Below are positions 23,612 to 37,688 of a stretch of 64,000 bases of DNA, one piece after another (the stretch's first letter is position 1; each line of letters begins with the position of its first letter). The DNA is from Adineta vaga (Eukaryota; Animalia; Rotifera): contig CP075496.1 in assembly GCA_021613535.1 (NCBI GenBank), forward strand, positions 8,866,001 through 8,930,000, written 5' to 3'. Below the pieces are notes generated by a model that ran no database searches, had not been told where the DNA came from, and was given only the letters and a program-made list of their open reading frames with translations. Made by a program: the position numbers and the translations under genes.

Positions 23612-24525
23612 AGATGTGACTATGAAAGAAAAAACACGATTTGAAATAAAATAATATGTGATAATCTGTCGCAAGAGGCAAAACCTGTTATATGTTGTTA
23701 TTAATATAAAGATTTTCTCTTTGTTTTCCTTTAATAAATGATGAGATAAACATGAGTGTTTCATTACAAATAACAAAGTTTTATGTACTAATCTTGAAAA
23801 TAATAATCATCTAAAGCAAAAAAGAAGCACAAAACTAGTTAGAATATAAGTAGACATCAAATAATGCATCATTTTATTTTCTACGTGACAGTAATTTGTT
23901 ATTAAATTCTTTTAATCGAGTATATACTCCACGAATATCATTATCATAGAAAGACGCCATTAGCTGCCGTTCATCTTTGTTGCATGTATCATTAATTATA
24001 AACAGTAAGAGAGAGAAACTGCTTGTTAAAAAAGTTAGTTAATTTAATGTGAAAGTAAAAGGTGGATATTCGCTACAATAAAACATGTTTAGAATCGTTG
24101 GTATATATAATACAACAGCGGATGAATCTACAAAAGGAAAGGATGTACGATATTCAAGCAGAAATAAAACTCATATCTATGCTATGGGTAATGTAACTTC
24201 GACAAAATATCTGAATTTTTGGAGATACTGGATGGTTCAATACAGTAACCGATGCATCTGGTGTAAGCACTGGTTTATATATTATCCTTTTCATTCGTAA
24301 CGCATTGACTTCTCAAAAAATTTTTATTGATTCTACGGTTTTTCATACACAAATAGTATTAACATTATTTAGATACGTTCACATATTTATTAATTAAATA
24401 AGATCCAGCAAACTAAAACTAATTATGTGAATATTTGCAATTCTATTGAAAAGCGAACATCATTATTAGTTTCTTTCTTACACGTATTATTACATTAAGT
24501 AAAATAACGAAATGAAATTTAAATC

Positions 24526-26465
24526 TCAATAAACTTTAATCTTCTCCAAAATTGCATTTCGATCATTGGCACATAAATATTGTAAAATTTGTTTATTACG
24601 TTGAATTTCTTTCGAACGTATTTGAAGTGCTAACCATAATTTTTCCATATAGCATTCATATTTACTCATCATTTGTTCCATATCATTTTGCGTATGTTTA
24701 AGAAGATATGCTAAATAAATTGCTGCTTCATAACCCATACTAATCGATTGAAAATAAGGTCCACCCATTGCAGCATCACCTAATAAAACCCAATGTTGAT
24801 TTAGTTCTTGATTTTCAAACGAATGTGTCATTTTCTTGGCACGATAAACTTGTAAAGGAAGAGCAATAAATTCCATTGTATCAAAATGAATTTTATGTGT
24901 TTGTTCAGAAGAAAGATTATTAAGAAATATATTGAGATCATCATAAATATCACAATGATGTTTTTTCAAATAATTATATGTTAATGATTCTCTTTTTGGC
25001 ATTTGTCGAAAAATCGTATCATCAATTGTAATTAAACATGTAACAAGTGTTTGTCTTTTACCTGTTCTATAAGTATCATCAATTGCTGGTATAACACGAA
25101 ATTTTCGAGTATTTCTATTCTTATAAAATTTACATAATTCATTGCATTCATATCGATCATCAAAAGTAAATGTGCAGATAAGAACATATTCAACAAATCG
25201 AAGAAGAAGATTATCTGGTTGAATATGATTACGTAAAACAGAATGATAACCCGTACAATCAACAATAAGAGTATCAGAATAATGTCGAAGTGATTCTAAA
25301 TTTTTACTCATATCATATTGTGCACCAACTGATATTTGACCACCGGATGATGTAAAATATTCTTTTAAAGATTGTTGAATCGTTTGTAAAGGTGTACATA
25401 ATTCTAACCAACTGGTAAGTTTGGTGAAAAGTTTCGATTCAATCGATTCAATCGCTTTTTGACGTTCTTCGATTTGATTTTCAGTAAAGAGATGAATTCC
25501 ACCAGCAAGTTCGTCGGTAGAAAGAATTCCACCCAATAGTTTAACACATCGTGTTCGAGTCATTTCTTCTCGTTTTTCAAGTATTGTCACCGGTATACCT
25601 TGATCACGCATCAAACAACCTAGAAGAAATCGATTTAACAGTTATTTGTCAAGGTTTCATTAGGTTAAAACTCATACCCATTAGAAGACCTGTTGGACCA
25701 GCACCCATAATAAGAACACGAGAAATGCCTGATTTCATTATTTTCGTTGGTATAAATGAAAGATTTCGGAAGGGTGATGCATATGTCCATTGTCTATTGG
25801 CGCTAAACATTTGATAATAACCAAAGAAGACATTTTTACCTAGAAGAATCGTAGAAGAATATATGAAAATTAATTTTATTGATGATCTTACCGTTAGATT
25901 GTGATATATATTGTCTATTTCTATTAGTAGTAACAGGTTTCTTTTTCACAGAAATAAGAGAATCCCATGCAATATGTTCACTTTGTTCTACCGATAATTC
26001 AACGGCCATTGGTTCAGTTATTAGTTTGAGTTCTTGTTTAAGTTCCTGAACAGTTTCTTTCAATTGTTTTAAATCATCTTCAACAAGATCTTCGGTTTCT
26101 TTTAAATGAACAATTCTATTTGAAAATTGTGCCAATTTGAGTGTAAGTTCGGCTCGTTTTGGACATAGTAATTTCACTTGTTGACGAGCTTGTTCCGCTA
26201 CTTGCATTACTTTGTCTATCATAGTTCGTTGCCATTCATCAATTTGTAATAAAACATTCTTAGAGGAATCATCACGCAAATCTATTCGACTAATTTGTTC
26301 TTGTAAACTATTACGTTCTTCTATATAGATATTTAATTCATTGAGTAAACCATTATGATGTTCCTTAAAATGTCTCCGACAAAAGTATGATTTACATCCT
26401 GCACATAGACATGTTCCAGATCGTTTGGTATTAGCGCACATTGAACATTTGTTAGATGTGGTCAT
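24526..26465 (-). CDS. B-box/coiled-coil domain spliced to a FAD-dependent oxidoreductase/monooxygenase; 3 exons (alternatively two genes, the second starting at ATG 25738)
   Basis: Exon 26465-25892 (CSMC..CLCAGCKSYFCRRHFKEHH + coiled coil); 52-nt intron 25891..25840; open frame into VLIMGAGPTGLLM; short intron; then IVDCTGYHS and LLGDAAMGGPYFQSISMGYEAA FAD motifs. Confidence 0.75.
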
Positions 26466-27268
26466 TTCTATAGACTAAAAAAATAGATGTACATAGTTTC
26501 TTCTATCAATAACATACCTAGCCGTGCAGGTAGAATCAATCAATATTGAAACCTAAGAAAGAAAACACATAAAAGAGATATTGCAAGATTTTGATGATAA
26601 AAGCAATACAGTACAACATGTACGTATATCTAGGCTATTTTCATACTGTCTTTTTTTTCCTGAAAGAACAGATGATACTTATTCTCTGTACTTCAAATAA
26701 TATTCTTGAAAGTTATCAAGCATTGCTTTAGCCGGCACTTACCGAGTACCCGAAATTAATGATCAAATGAACGTACGTCACATTGATTTTCTACTGCAAG
26801 TTACAGATAGAGGAAAACAATTTCAATTAGTTTCTCCTCAGTACGAACAGAACGAACAAGCAGGACTTTCATCACAATTTTTCAACAGATTAAGAAAATT
26901 GAAAATGAAAACTTCAACAAAAATATTATAGACAGAACGGAGAAAAAAAAATACCGACCATACTTTTGAAGTATTACTTTATAACTGTGTAACCACCATT
27001 GCACTGTTTCGTCTAGAACGTGCATGATATAGCGAAATGACGTATTTTTTTATGATTGAAAGAAACGACGAAGAAAAGACAAAATTAATTATATTTTGAC
27101 TGTTTTCTTCTGATTTTACTGACGATATTCTGTCTACGTAAGATAGACAACGAACATGAATTGTATATTTATTTGCCATATATTTAGCTTAACAAAAGAA
27201 AAAAGAAGTGAATATGATTATCGTGATTGACCATAACCATTGTGAAAGCAGAGATGCTTTGAATGAAG

Positions 27269-29390
27269 TTACTTTTTTTTCTTAATTAATAATAATTTCA
27301 TGTAAGATATCACAAACGACACAATTGCGATTGTTGTCAATGCAAGAAAATATTTCCACATATCCCAACTGGTATTATGATCAATAGATCGTTTTTCTAA
27401 AACACTAGCGCCTGAGAGAGGACATATATGGGTTTGATTAGATAAACAAAAATCAATATCGCGAAATTCATTAACAACCAACACATTGTAAGCATAACGA
27501 AAAGCGCTCACCCATTGAATCCAACGAAGGAAAATAAATACACTTTTTAATTCGACGAGAAAACCACTAAAAACCATCATAATAACGAGAACTAAAACCA
27601 AAACAATCAGTGCCACAGCTAAAAACATAACATTAAACGCAGATCTTTTGAAAAAATAAAATTCCCTACCAAAAACAGGTATACTAGCGGCAATGAGAAA
27701 GCACATGGCTGATCCAAATATATTCGCCATGAAAATCGTTACGAGGAAAATAAGAAATTTTGTAGCAGTTTTTTGCAAACCGACCATAAAATAACTAATT
27801 AGGCTAAAAACTATCGAAGGAATAACTCGCATCGGTAATAAATCACATATCAATTTGGCAAGGAACAAAGTTGTGATGCTGTAGTATCCACTGACATTCT
27901 CCTAAGGAAAAAAGAAACAAATAAATGCATTCTAGAGATGAGATATTCTATCAATTTACATGAATAAATAATGTACGTTCTTTAATGAATGGTTCTAATG
28001 CTGTGGCAGTACTAAAAATTTGATTGACGACGATGAAGAAAATACCACCCAGACGATTTTGTACACCTGAATCACTTGTACGAGGTAATTGATAGTAAAG
28101 AAGACCAGTAAGTACGCCTAAGATAATGGCAACAGCGATTTGCCAAGTTAGTAATGCATAATTACGTATCGCATTACGAAGAGTTCGTTGAGATACATAG
28201 ATAAAATCAGATAAAAATGATCGATCTACTTTCTGTACAGTATAGATTCCATCATCACTAGAATCATCAATACCCATTATTTCATTACCAACATGCATTG
28301 CCGATACACGATACTGTGTGTAAAGATCTTGTACAGCAGAGCCATCATTAGCTTTATTCAATATATCAAGGGCAAAATCAGCTGGATTATCATGTTCTTT
28401 ATAAGGAATTCCTTGATCAATGAAATAGGGTACAAGTTGAGTAGATGGACCAAAATAAACTGTATGACCATGTAACAGTAATAAGACAGTATCGAACAGT
28501 TCAAAGATTGAAGAACGTGGTTGATGAATCGAAAAGATAATTGTACCTAATATAGATTATAAAATATAATCTTAAAACGATATTTTGAATATACGTATAT
28601 CTTACATCCTTGTTGTGACAATTCACGGAGACATTGCATAACAATACAAGCTGTTGAAGAATCCAGACCTATAAATGGATTTTGTTTTTCGTTTGAGAGA
28701 ATAATTGAAAGTTAAGATCTTTGTATATGTACCTGTTGTTGGTTCATCAAGAAAAAGAATGGTTGGTGAAAGAACCATTTCCATAGCTATACAAGTTCGT
28801 TTTTTTTCACCACCAGATACTCCACGTTGAAATTCAGTACCCATACGTGTATCAGCACATTCATTTAAACGTAGTTGTTTAATAATTTGTTCTACTCGTT
28901 CCAATCGCTCATAATATGATACTGATTGTGGAAGACGAAGATTCGCAGAGAAAAAAATATTTTCTCGTACGGTTAATGTTCCACTATAAATATCATCCTG
29001 AACAACGTATCCAGCCATACGTCGATAGATGGAAGATGGAGGTCGAGGTCGTTCATTGACGAATACTTGTCCTTCATACGTTTGTTTATCTTTTCGATCG
29101 GCAAGAATGTCGAGTAATGTCGATTTACCACAACCCGTTGGACCTAACATTTTCTATCAAATTTATTCAGAAACTACTATACGTATTCGCTTACCTAAGA
29201 TAGCATTCATACCGGGTTGAAAGGTTCCTGATACATCAAAGAGGATTTGTCTTTGAGGTCGTGATTTGTAGCCAGGTAATTTTGACAAGAGATTGTTGTT
29301 TGTTGTTAATGAATAATTAATATGATAAAATGAAATAGTTTTCTTGCATTTTTCATCACCTTCAATACCATCCTCGCTATTTAATGGCAT
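27269..29390 (-). CDS. ABCG (White/ABCG2-like) half transporter, at least 6 exons
   Basis: Walker A GPTGCGKST, signature VSGGE, Walker B FLDEPTTGLD, and FSIHQP, with the NBD N-terminal to the TMD. Start uncertain (29390 or an upstream exon near 29542). Confidence 0.92.
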
Positions 29391-30579
29391 TAAAGCGATA
29401 AAGAGTTGTTGATTTGAGTCATTTCGATTAGAGCCCAAATGTACTACTGTATTTCTAAAATTCTCATTTGCTACAGTATAAATGAATGAATTGAACATAT
29501 ATCTTACCTGAGAGTTTGAAAGGTTTTACGACCTATGGCCATTCTACACAAGATAATAATCTACAAAAACAAGATTTATTCTCCACATCGATTGTATTTT
29601 ACTTTCGTCGAGAATGAAAATAAAAGGGAAAAAATAACATTTTTGATTGACAAGAGAAAAATTCTTTTTACTGCAAGAGTAGGCGTCATTTTATGATTGT
29701 TATAGTGTTTGTGAAATATTTAATCTTCGTCTGCGTAAATGTGTCAGTTCTGTGTTATTTGTTAAAACTTAAAACCTCCGATAAGCTTTCTGATTTTGAT
29801 GCGATATTGGAAAAGAATCTATTTATGATTCAAAATTCTTTTGATATTGATGGTGCAATCACAGATTCCACTGGGAAGAATGTAATAAATCATATGAGAT
29901 AGAACAGATAAGACGGCAGATATAAAGTTTAAATATAACTATACTTCATTTTTTTCCTTGTGATTATAAATCAAAGAAATTCATATAAGAGTTATATTAC
30001 TAATGTAGGAAAGAACTATTTATCTATTTATTACATCTACCTATGATATCTGTTTGATATTTTTTATATCTATGAACAATGGTGATTCGTATATTTTTTG
30101 GTTGAATCCTATCGTTCAACAGAGAATCCGTCAAATGATAACTCATACATAATATACTTTCTTTCGGTTTCAATCTATTTTTTCAGTTTGATAATTTAAC
30201 ATAACTCCACATTTTCATCAAGCCATTAGAGTTTTATAAATTTTTTAATGTTTCTGTCATACGAACTTAATGATTTTCTTGTATGAATTTATTTTCTATT
30301 TCTTCTCAAATAAATGTTACTGTAGATCTGCTTAACATATATATGTAACATTAGAAAAAAGAAACGAAAATACACTTTTGACACGTGTAAAAACAAGTTG
30401 ATGCAATGTACATCCTCGATAACAAAATATGATGAAAGAGAACGATCTAACGTCATTTAAACAACATAAATATTTACATAGTGAGACTAGTAAAGAAGGT
30501 TATATATATTCAATCTCAGACTTATTGCTCTTCTTTATTTAAAGAACAATTGCTTTTATAATTTTATTAATAAAAAAAA

Positions 30580-31824
30580 ATGAATTCCATTAATGAACAA
30601 CATTTCTTGGCCGGTAAACGGATTATTATTGCCGGTGCTGGAATTGGTGCACTATCATTTTCTATTGCATTTCACCAATTACTTGATGGAAAAATTCAAC
30701 CACCACCATTAGTTACCATTTATGAACGTGATACATCGACAGATGCAATTGGCCGTGAAGGTTATTCACTATCGATTCGTGGTGATGCACTCAGTGGTGG
30801 TATGCAAACTTTACAGAAACTAGGTTTTCTTGATGAATTACTCGCTCAAAGTAATCCAGGAACACATTTTACTTTCTTTAATAATGACTTCTCTCCATTG
30901 TTGCAAATTCGAACACCACCTGTCGAAGGTTTATCACAAACAACTATGCGTATTGCACGTTCAAAATTGCGTGAAATTCTTCTAAAAAATGTTCCTTCAT
31001 CGGTAGTTATCAATTGGGATTGTGCAGTAAAATCTGCAGAAGAACTTGCAGATGGACAAATTTTAGTTAATCTAGCAGATGGTACTCAGCAACATTGTGA
31101 TCTACTCGTAGCTGCTGATGGTTCAAATAGTGCTATTCGAAAAGCACTTCGACCAGAACATGTACTGAATTTTGCTGGTGCTGCTACTATTGCAGCACGT
31201 ACACATGTCCTGGATAAACTACCACCTCCTCTAGAAAAAACATGGGGAGGTGCAATTAGTGGTGATGGACATTTTGTTTTTGTGGCACCATCAGATCGAA
31301 CAAGTGCTCTTTGGAGTGTTAGTTATTTGACAAACACACCGCGCGAAGCAAAATCAGCTGGAACAATGACCGACGATGAGATCGATGCGGTGTTAGCTGA
31401 AGCGAAAGAACGTACAAAGGCATTTGGTGAACCAATTCCTACGTTATTGAAAGAAACATTACGAAGTAGTATTGCTATATTCAATTCTAAAGATATAGTA
31501 CCCTTTCGAAATCAAGGTTCAATTGTTTTTATTGGTGATGCTCAACATGCAATGAGCCCATTTGCTGGTAACGGTGCAAATATGGCTATTATGGATGGTT
31601 ATCAACTTGCAGATCAATTAATCCATGCTCAAGACTTAAAGACAGCAATTAAAGCTTATGATGATCTAAGTATTCCACGTTCAACACGTGCTATCAATAT
31701 AAGTCATCGAAGTATTAGTATAGTTCATTCACGAGGAATATGGAAACATATGTGGGTCAGTGTACTTCGATTACTAGCCTGGTATTTCGGTCTAAATTAC
31801 AAAGAAGATCAAGAATCTACTTGA
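30580..31824 (+). CDS. Intronless class A flavoprotein monooxygenase (FAD_binding_3; TetX/zeaxanthin-epoxidase-like), probably of non-metazoan origin
   Basis: IAGAGIGAL, LVAADGSNS, and IGDAQHAMSPFAGNGANMAIMDG. Confidence 0.9.
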   Translation: MNSINEQHFLAGKRIIIAGAGIGALSFSIAFHQLLDGKIQPPPLVTIYERDTSTDAIGREGYSLSIRGDALSGGMQTLQKLGFLDELLAQSNPGTHFTFFNNDFSPLLQIRTPPVEGLSQTTMRIARSKLREILLKNVPSSVVINWDCAVKSAEELADGQILVNLADGTQQHCDLLVAADGSNSAIRKALRPEHVLNFAGAATIAARTHVLDKLPPPLEKTWGGAISGDGHFVFVAPSDRTSALWSVSYLTNTPREAKSAGTMTDDEIDAVLAEAKERTKAFGEPIPTLLKETLRSSIAIFNSKDIVPFRNQGSIVFIGDAQHAMSPFAGNGANMAIMDGYQLADQLIHAQDLKTAIKAYDDLSIPRSTRAINISHRSISIVHSRGIWKHMWVSVLRLLAWYFGLNYKEDQEST

Positions 31825-33861
31825 ATTTTTATTGATTATTGTTGATTATGTCATAGACTATTTATTGAATTTAAATAGAAATATTCCAGTTATTTTTCTA
31901 TATAAGTTCATCGATTTTATTCGTGAAAATCCATCGAGGATGGTAATAGTCGGATGAAGAGCAACTGTATGTGTCAGATATTTCTTTTAAATAAAAAGCT
32001 TCATGTGAACCAATAACTCTTTCACTTGTATATCGTGGGGGTGAAACCTATTATCTGTATCATGGTTTGAATCTCGCCAAGGAAATCATTGAATGAGACC
32101 TCGCAAATTCGTCTATAATCATAATATTTATGTTCGGCGGTAGTGATATCGAAGTAAACAAAAGATTCGATCAAATACCGTAGTGCTAACAAATCTTAAT
32201 GAGAAATTTAAAAACACACGTACATTTGTCTGTCATATAGTGGGATTTGGAACGAAATAAAACCCGTCGAGTATTTCTTGAAAAAATGGCTGAAGTTGTC
32301 GGTGGTCAAATATATTTTGCGTTGACGGGTTTGAAATTTAAAGAAGTTTTTACAAAATTGCCCAAAAATGTACTGTTGTAACTGCGATACTTTAGTGAAG
32401 CAATCACAATGAAAGTATTAATTGATTATCTGTGATCTTTTTCCTATTATATTTACTTTGTTATAGCTATTTTTTAATCTAGAATCTAATTATGATGTTT
32501 CTTTCAAAATAAATGTCATTGATTCATTTATGAATATCTTTTAACACAGACAAATGCACTGTTCTCACGCATTGTAGCTTATAAGATGAAACACTCGAGT
32601 CAGTTAATTCTTTATCGATTGTGAACTATATATTCTATTCGATTCCATTTTTGAATTAAATCTCTATGTCAGAACTCGAAATATTTTCATGATATGCTAG
32701 GTCAATACTCATAGAAAATTAGATTCTTTTTATATAATTTATCATTAAATCGCCCTCATAATTAACAATTGGTAAATTTGAATGATCATAGAAGAAATCA
32801 ACTTCGTGTGCTTTAATCATCGGGCGATTATGAATCTGTAAGGACGTTCACGAACGAAAAATTGAATACTTTTATTATATAGTTGAAATTCTAAATAAAG
32901 AAGATACACTACGTAGTTTCAAACTTTTTCTTATCGATCAATGTTCGTGTGTTACTGCTTGAATATAATCGTAACAAAAAATGTTCTGCATATGGTGCGT
33001 CTGTTGTCAGTCAATAGTTAAAATGAGTGAATACGATAAGAAAGGTAGAAAGAATAAGTAAAGGTGGTGATTTTTGTATTTTTTTATTCTTCACTATCGG
33101 TCAATGCATGAGTAAATAGTGACGTTGCGACCATTTACATTTTCTTATACAGGTATATAGCAAGTAACATGAGAGAAGAAAATATTTTTCATGCTCGTTT
33201 CATAGGACAAATATAAACATTTTTTTATTCGTTCTTCTCTTCTATACGTTACTTCGTCAACACCGATTTCTCTCTCACTCTGCCTCGCATACTTTGAAAA
33301 TACATATGCAAACAAAAGAAATGTTTATTGATGTTAAACCTTCGAACGACGTATTTGAATAGAATCGTTCTATAACTGATACAAAATGATATCAATATCG
33401 AGAAAGGAATGTAAAAGATGATGATTTTATTCATAAATATATAATTTTAAACTCATATATAAAATTCTATTTTGTCTTATCAAAGATCGTTGCCCATTAT
33501 CGATGCATGCTATAGATTATTAGTAATACTGTTTGTACTTTTTCTGTGACTTCCTCTATGCGTCATTCGATTTACAACTGACATAAAAATGAGATAAGAC
33601 ATCTCTTGATTCGTTGCTCTGTACTGATACATGGATTGATCATAAAGTTGACGATAAACATGATTTTCTAACTGTCAATAATATACTCTTTAAGTAACGA
33701 GTCGACATATTATAAGATGAACATAATATTCTTCTATCATGATCATCTGTATTTCATACGGATGATGTCAACTGATATAAGTTAGTATAATTTGTGAAAT
33801 CAATGGCGCTCTTTTCATTTTCTTATTTCATTTTAATTAAAAAAATTTATTATTTTAAAGA

Positions 33862-36349
33862 ATGAACTATAATATTCTATTGTCTATCGTTTTATTCCAG
33901 ACTCTTCCAATGGCTCTAGATCTTAAATGTATAGATGCTATCATTCCATTACCTATCATACCAATTATTAATAATATGACCAATGTACCTACGCATTCAT
34001 ATTATAATCCAAATGGAAAAGCAATATCTCAATTGATTTCATCCTCAATGGCACATTCAACTTTTTCTATATCTGATATTGAAGTACTATTGGAAAAAAT
34101 TGTATCTAAAGATATTAGTTCATTGGATATTTCTACTATTACGAGTATAAAACCGATAAAATCGACTATTATCTATGCAAGTGTAACATTGGTTCTATTT
34201 CTTGTTCTTTCGTTGATATTTTATTTTATTTCATGTATTAACTGCTGTCGATCTAAATCAATTAAAGTAAATATCAATGTAGTATGCTATACTCATATTT
34301 TTTCATTAATATTTTAAGAAAAATTCACAAGCAAAAAAACGAAAATGTTCGTGCCGATGTATTTCAGTAATTGTTGTATTGTTGATTAGTTCAATCGTGA
34401 TTGGTCAAATGATTTATATTGCTTATCAAGTGAATAGAACTACAATTTATCTTGATAAATCAATTGAAAAAGTGAATCAAGAAATATATCCAAAAGAGAT
34501 TACACTTTACTTAGAACATCTTATTGAGCAATTAACGATTCTTGATCAATATTCGACACAAAGTAAATTCGATTCTTATTATTACAAATATCACTAATCA
34601 AAAGATGATTTTATTTGTAGCAAATTCGATTGTAGTTAAAGCATCGCAGTCAATGTTCGTTCAAGTATTCAATGGAGTTGTACGAGAACTATATTTTCTT
34701 GATACGATTCAACAATCAATTACTGACAGTAGTACACATATCAAAGAGTTGAATACATTAATAAATCAAGATACAACTTTATTACCACATATCAGTATTC
34801 TTTTCAAAGAGATCGAAAAGCAACATCAAGAAACCATCGATTATCTTCAAAAACCATTAGAAGAACTGTGTGACTATGCAAATGGAAAAGAAACCGAGAT
34901 CGATAGTACAGTTTTAGATGCCTTATATCCTATACATCAACAAATGGAAAAAATAATTAGTGCAATAGAAAATCAACTTCTCATTCATTTGAAACCGGAG
35001 GAAAATGCAATACTAATCAAAAAAGATCTTGAACGTCAAATTCGATACTATGCTCGAGTTGTCGGAATAACTTTATTAGTATTAATAATTATATTTGGTC
35101 TGATTCCAGCTATTTTCTTCACTACCATTGTCTTATGTTTTGGTGGATCAAAACAGTCGACATCGCGTTACCGGTTAGTTGATTTAAAAAAACCCACTTT
35201 TGACAGGAATCTTTAATAAAAAACAAATGATGTACTCTCTTCTATTGAAACTTTGTTAAAATATTTCAGTATGAATACTAACCAAGAATCAATAAGCGGC
35301 AAAGACTCAGTGATATCTGGTGACTCATCCGTCAAGCATCCTAACAGTGGAACACTATGTTGGATACGAATAATTTTCATGCCAATAATAATCATCTTAA
35401 TATTGATTGTTCTTCTGTCCAGTATATTCTATGCTGTAGATCTGTTTGCTCAAGGTATTTGTCGAACAGTTCATGAAGATCAGAAATTTCTTATTCCATT
35501 TCTCATTAGTAAAAGATACTTGTTTGAATTATTCACTTTTCTAAGACTTATTTCTGTATTTAGATAACTTACTTGGATCGTACTCTAATGACATTATGGT
35601 TGGTGGATTGAATATAGAAACGATATTCTTTACGGTTATCGATGATTGTGGAAATCAAACTCATTTTAGCCATCAATTTTTTACCAGTCATTTAGTTCGT
35701 TTACAAGATGATGTTGATAAAGCATTGAATCGATTAAATGATAAAATCAATGAAAAATTCGTTAATTCGATTACGGATATCGATATGCAAGCAGATCTTG
35801 GTCATCTGAATGCCTTCGATCAGTTACTTAATTCATCTGAAACTAAAAATAAAGTACAACAAATCCGTACAGATTTCGAAACAATCGAGACACAATTCGA
35901 AAAAATAACTGCTTCTACTCCAAAACTACCCACTACTATTGTTAATCAAACAATCGATAATGTTAGTATGGATAAAATCATATATGTATGAGAGGATAAA
36001 ACGAATTTAATTGTTATGTATTTTTAGTTAAAAGATTATGTACAAACAATACTCGAATCTACAACCGATACTTGTCCTTTGCCATTGAATATAATCTTCA
36101 AAGCAGATACATTTGTATGTCATGAATTTGCTACAGCAATCAATGGACTATGGTTCAGTCTGTTTCTTTATATGCTTTTTGTTGTTTTGGGTGTTTGTAT
36201 TGGTGGTTTATGTTTATATAAACGACTGTAAGTCGTTGTTTTTTTTTGTTTCTGATAAATCGAATTTTTTTATTATTTCCACTTCATTTAGTCGGATGAC
36301 TATTGGCACGGATTCGAGAACTTCTGATGTCGTAACAGTTCAGTTCTGA
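33862..36349 (+). CDS. Prominin-like multipass membrane protein, ~7 exons
   Basis: Signal peptide, TM pairs with Cys clusters (CINCCR), two large helical loops, and CPLP...VC...AINGLWFSL resembling the prominin LNGFW motif. ORFs are joined by short GT-AG introns. Confidence 0.6.
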
Positions 36350-36497
36350 TAGAGAGATTTTGTTCAAACAATACCGTCTTCACTACATACAGAATGACAT
36401 AGAACTTTCTTATTTCTATAAAATAAACTGACTACAAATAAAACACACACTAATAAAATTATTCAAATAAATGTCAGAAAATGTCTTGTTCTTCTCT

Positions 36498-37688
36498 TCA
36501 TTTACGAAACAGATGAGGTGTATCCAACGTATGAAATAGTTTCCAAATAGTCAAATAAGTAATAATTCCATATAAAACGATATAAACTATTCCAGCAAAC
36601 ATTAAAAGAATTCCAAAAGCTAGTTGTGCTTGCATGATGCCAACTTTTGTTCCATAAGTACCACCATATGATATTCCCGAATAAACATAAGTCAAACTGG
36701 AAATAGCACTGCTAGCTGAAACAAAGCTACCCGCAATACCAATTAGAATAAAAGTAAAAACCAAAAGAACTAGTTGAGAAATAAGCACTCTAGTTGCCCA
36801 TAATCTTGGTCGATCCCATTTTTTTACTGAAAAATATTGACATCATGTTAACCTCTTCTTTTTCTCGAAAAGCTTACCTAACAAAATAGTCATAATGGCA
36901 GCAGCCATAAATGGAATGCTACACCAGAAACCCGCACCTGTAGCGGAATAAGTAGAGACAGCTAATGATGCTATTTCCAGAATAATAATAAGTATGGTTA
37001 AAATGACTTCAATAATGCCATAAATCAATATAGGTAGTTTTGGAAATCGAGATCGCCAACTATTCTCATACTGCGAAAGTAAATGCGCAGATTCAGCTGA
37101 TTGTGGTTCAGTCTACACAATAAAAAAAATATTTAGAAACTCAACTCAAGACATCCACTTTGTCATATAGACATGTATTAATATCTATTCTACTAAATTG
37201 TCGTTGTTGCACTGTTTTTATAGTATTTGCTGTTACATTATATGGTTTGTTTGCTTCATATGTCTGACGTGATATTGTTGACATACTGTAAGACTGATTG
37301 GCGGCTGGTGATTGATTAGGATTGTTAAATGTAGCATTTGATCTATTCGTTTGGTAAGTTTGAACTGATGTTGTATGTGACCCGTAGGATTCGTTTGGAG
37401 GTTGACTCCAGTCTGAAACACTGTGAGCAAACTGTGTGCTTGGTGCATGTCTAGCAATTGATACGTTCGGTTGAGCTTGCACAGAAATAGGTCTTGGCTG
37501 TGGAACAGTAGCAGCAGGTGTTGATAAACTCCTAAGAAGAGCAGGCGGTATAGGCACATATATTCTACATGCTGAACATTGAGCACACGATACGACCGAT
37601 GCTGAAAAACAAGAAAAACCGTAGGTTATTATAGATTATAGTTATATGTATTATTGAAAAAAATCAATCTATTCTCACATGCCGCCAT
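36498..37688 (-). CDS. Tetraspan membrane protein (CD20/MS4A-like) with N-terminal CxxC motif and P/Q/S-rich tail; 4 exons
   Basis: ATG GCG GCA T|gtgag at 37688, then CAQCSAC, a low-complexity region, WRSRFP, and four TMs including GAGFWCSIPF. Confidence 0.6.

Noticed and set aside
32748-32830. Short inverted repeat aatcgccc...gggcgatt
   Set aside because: Only ~8 bp perfect; insufficient to call an element.
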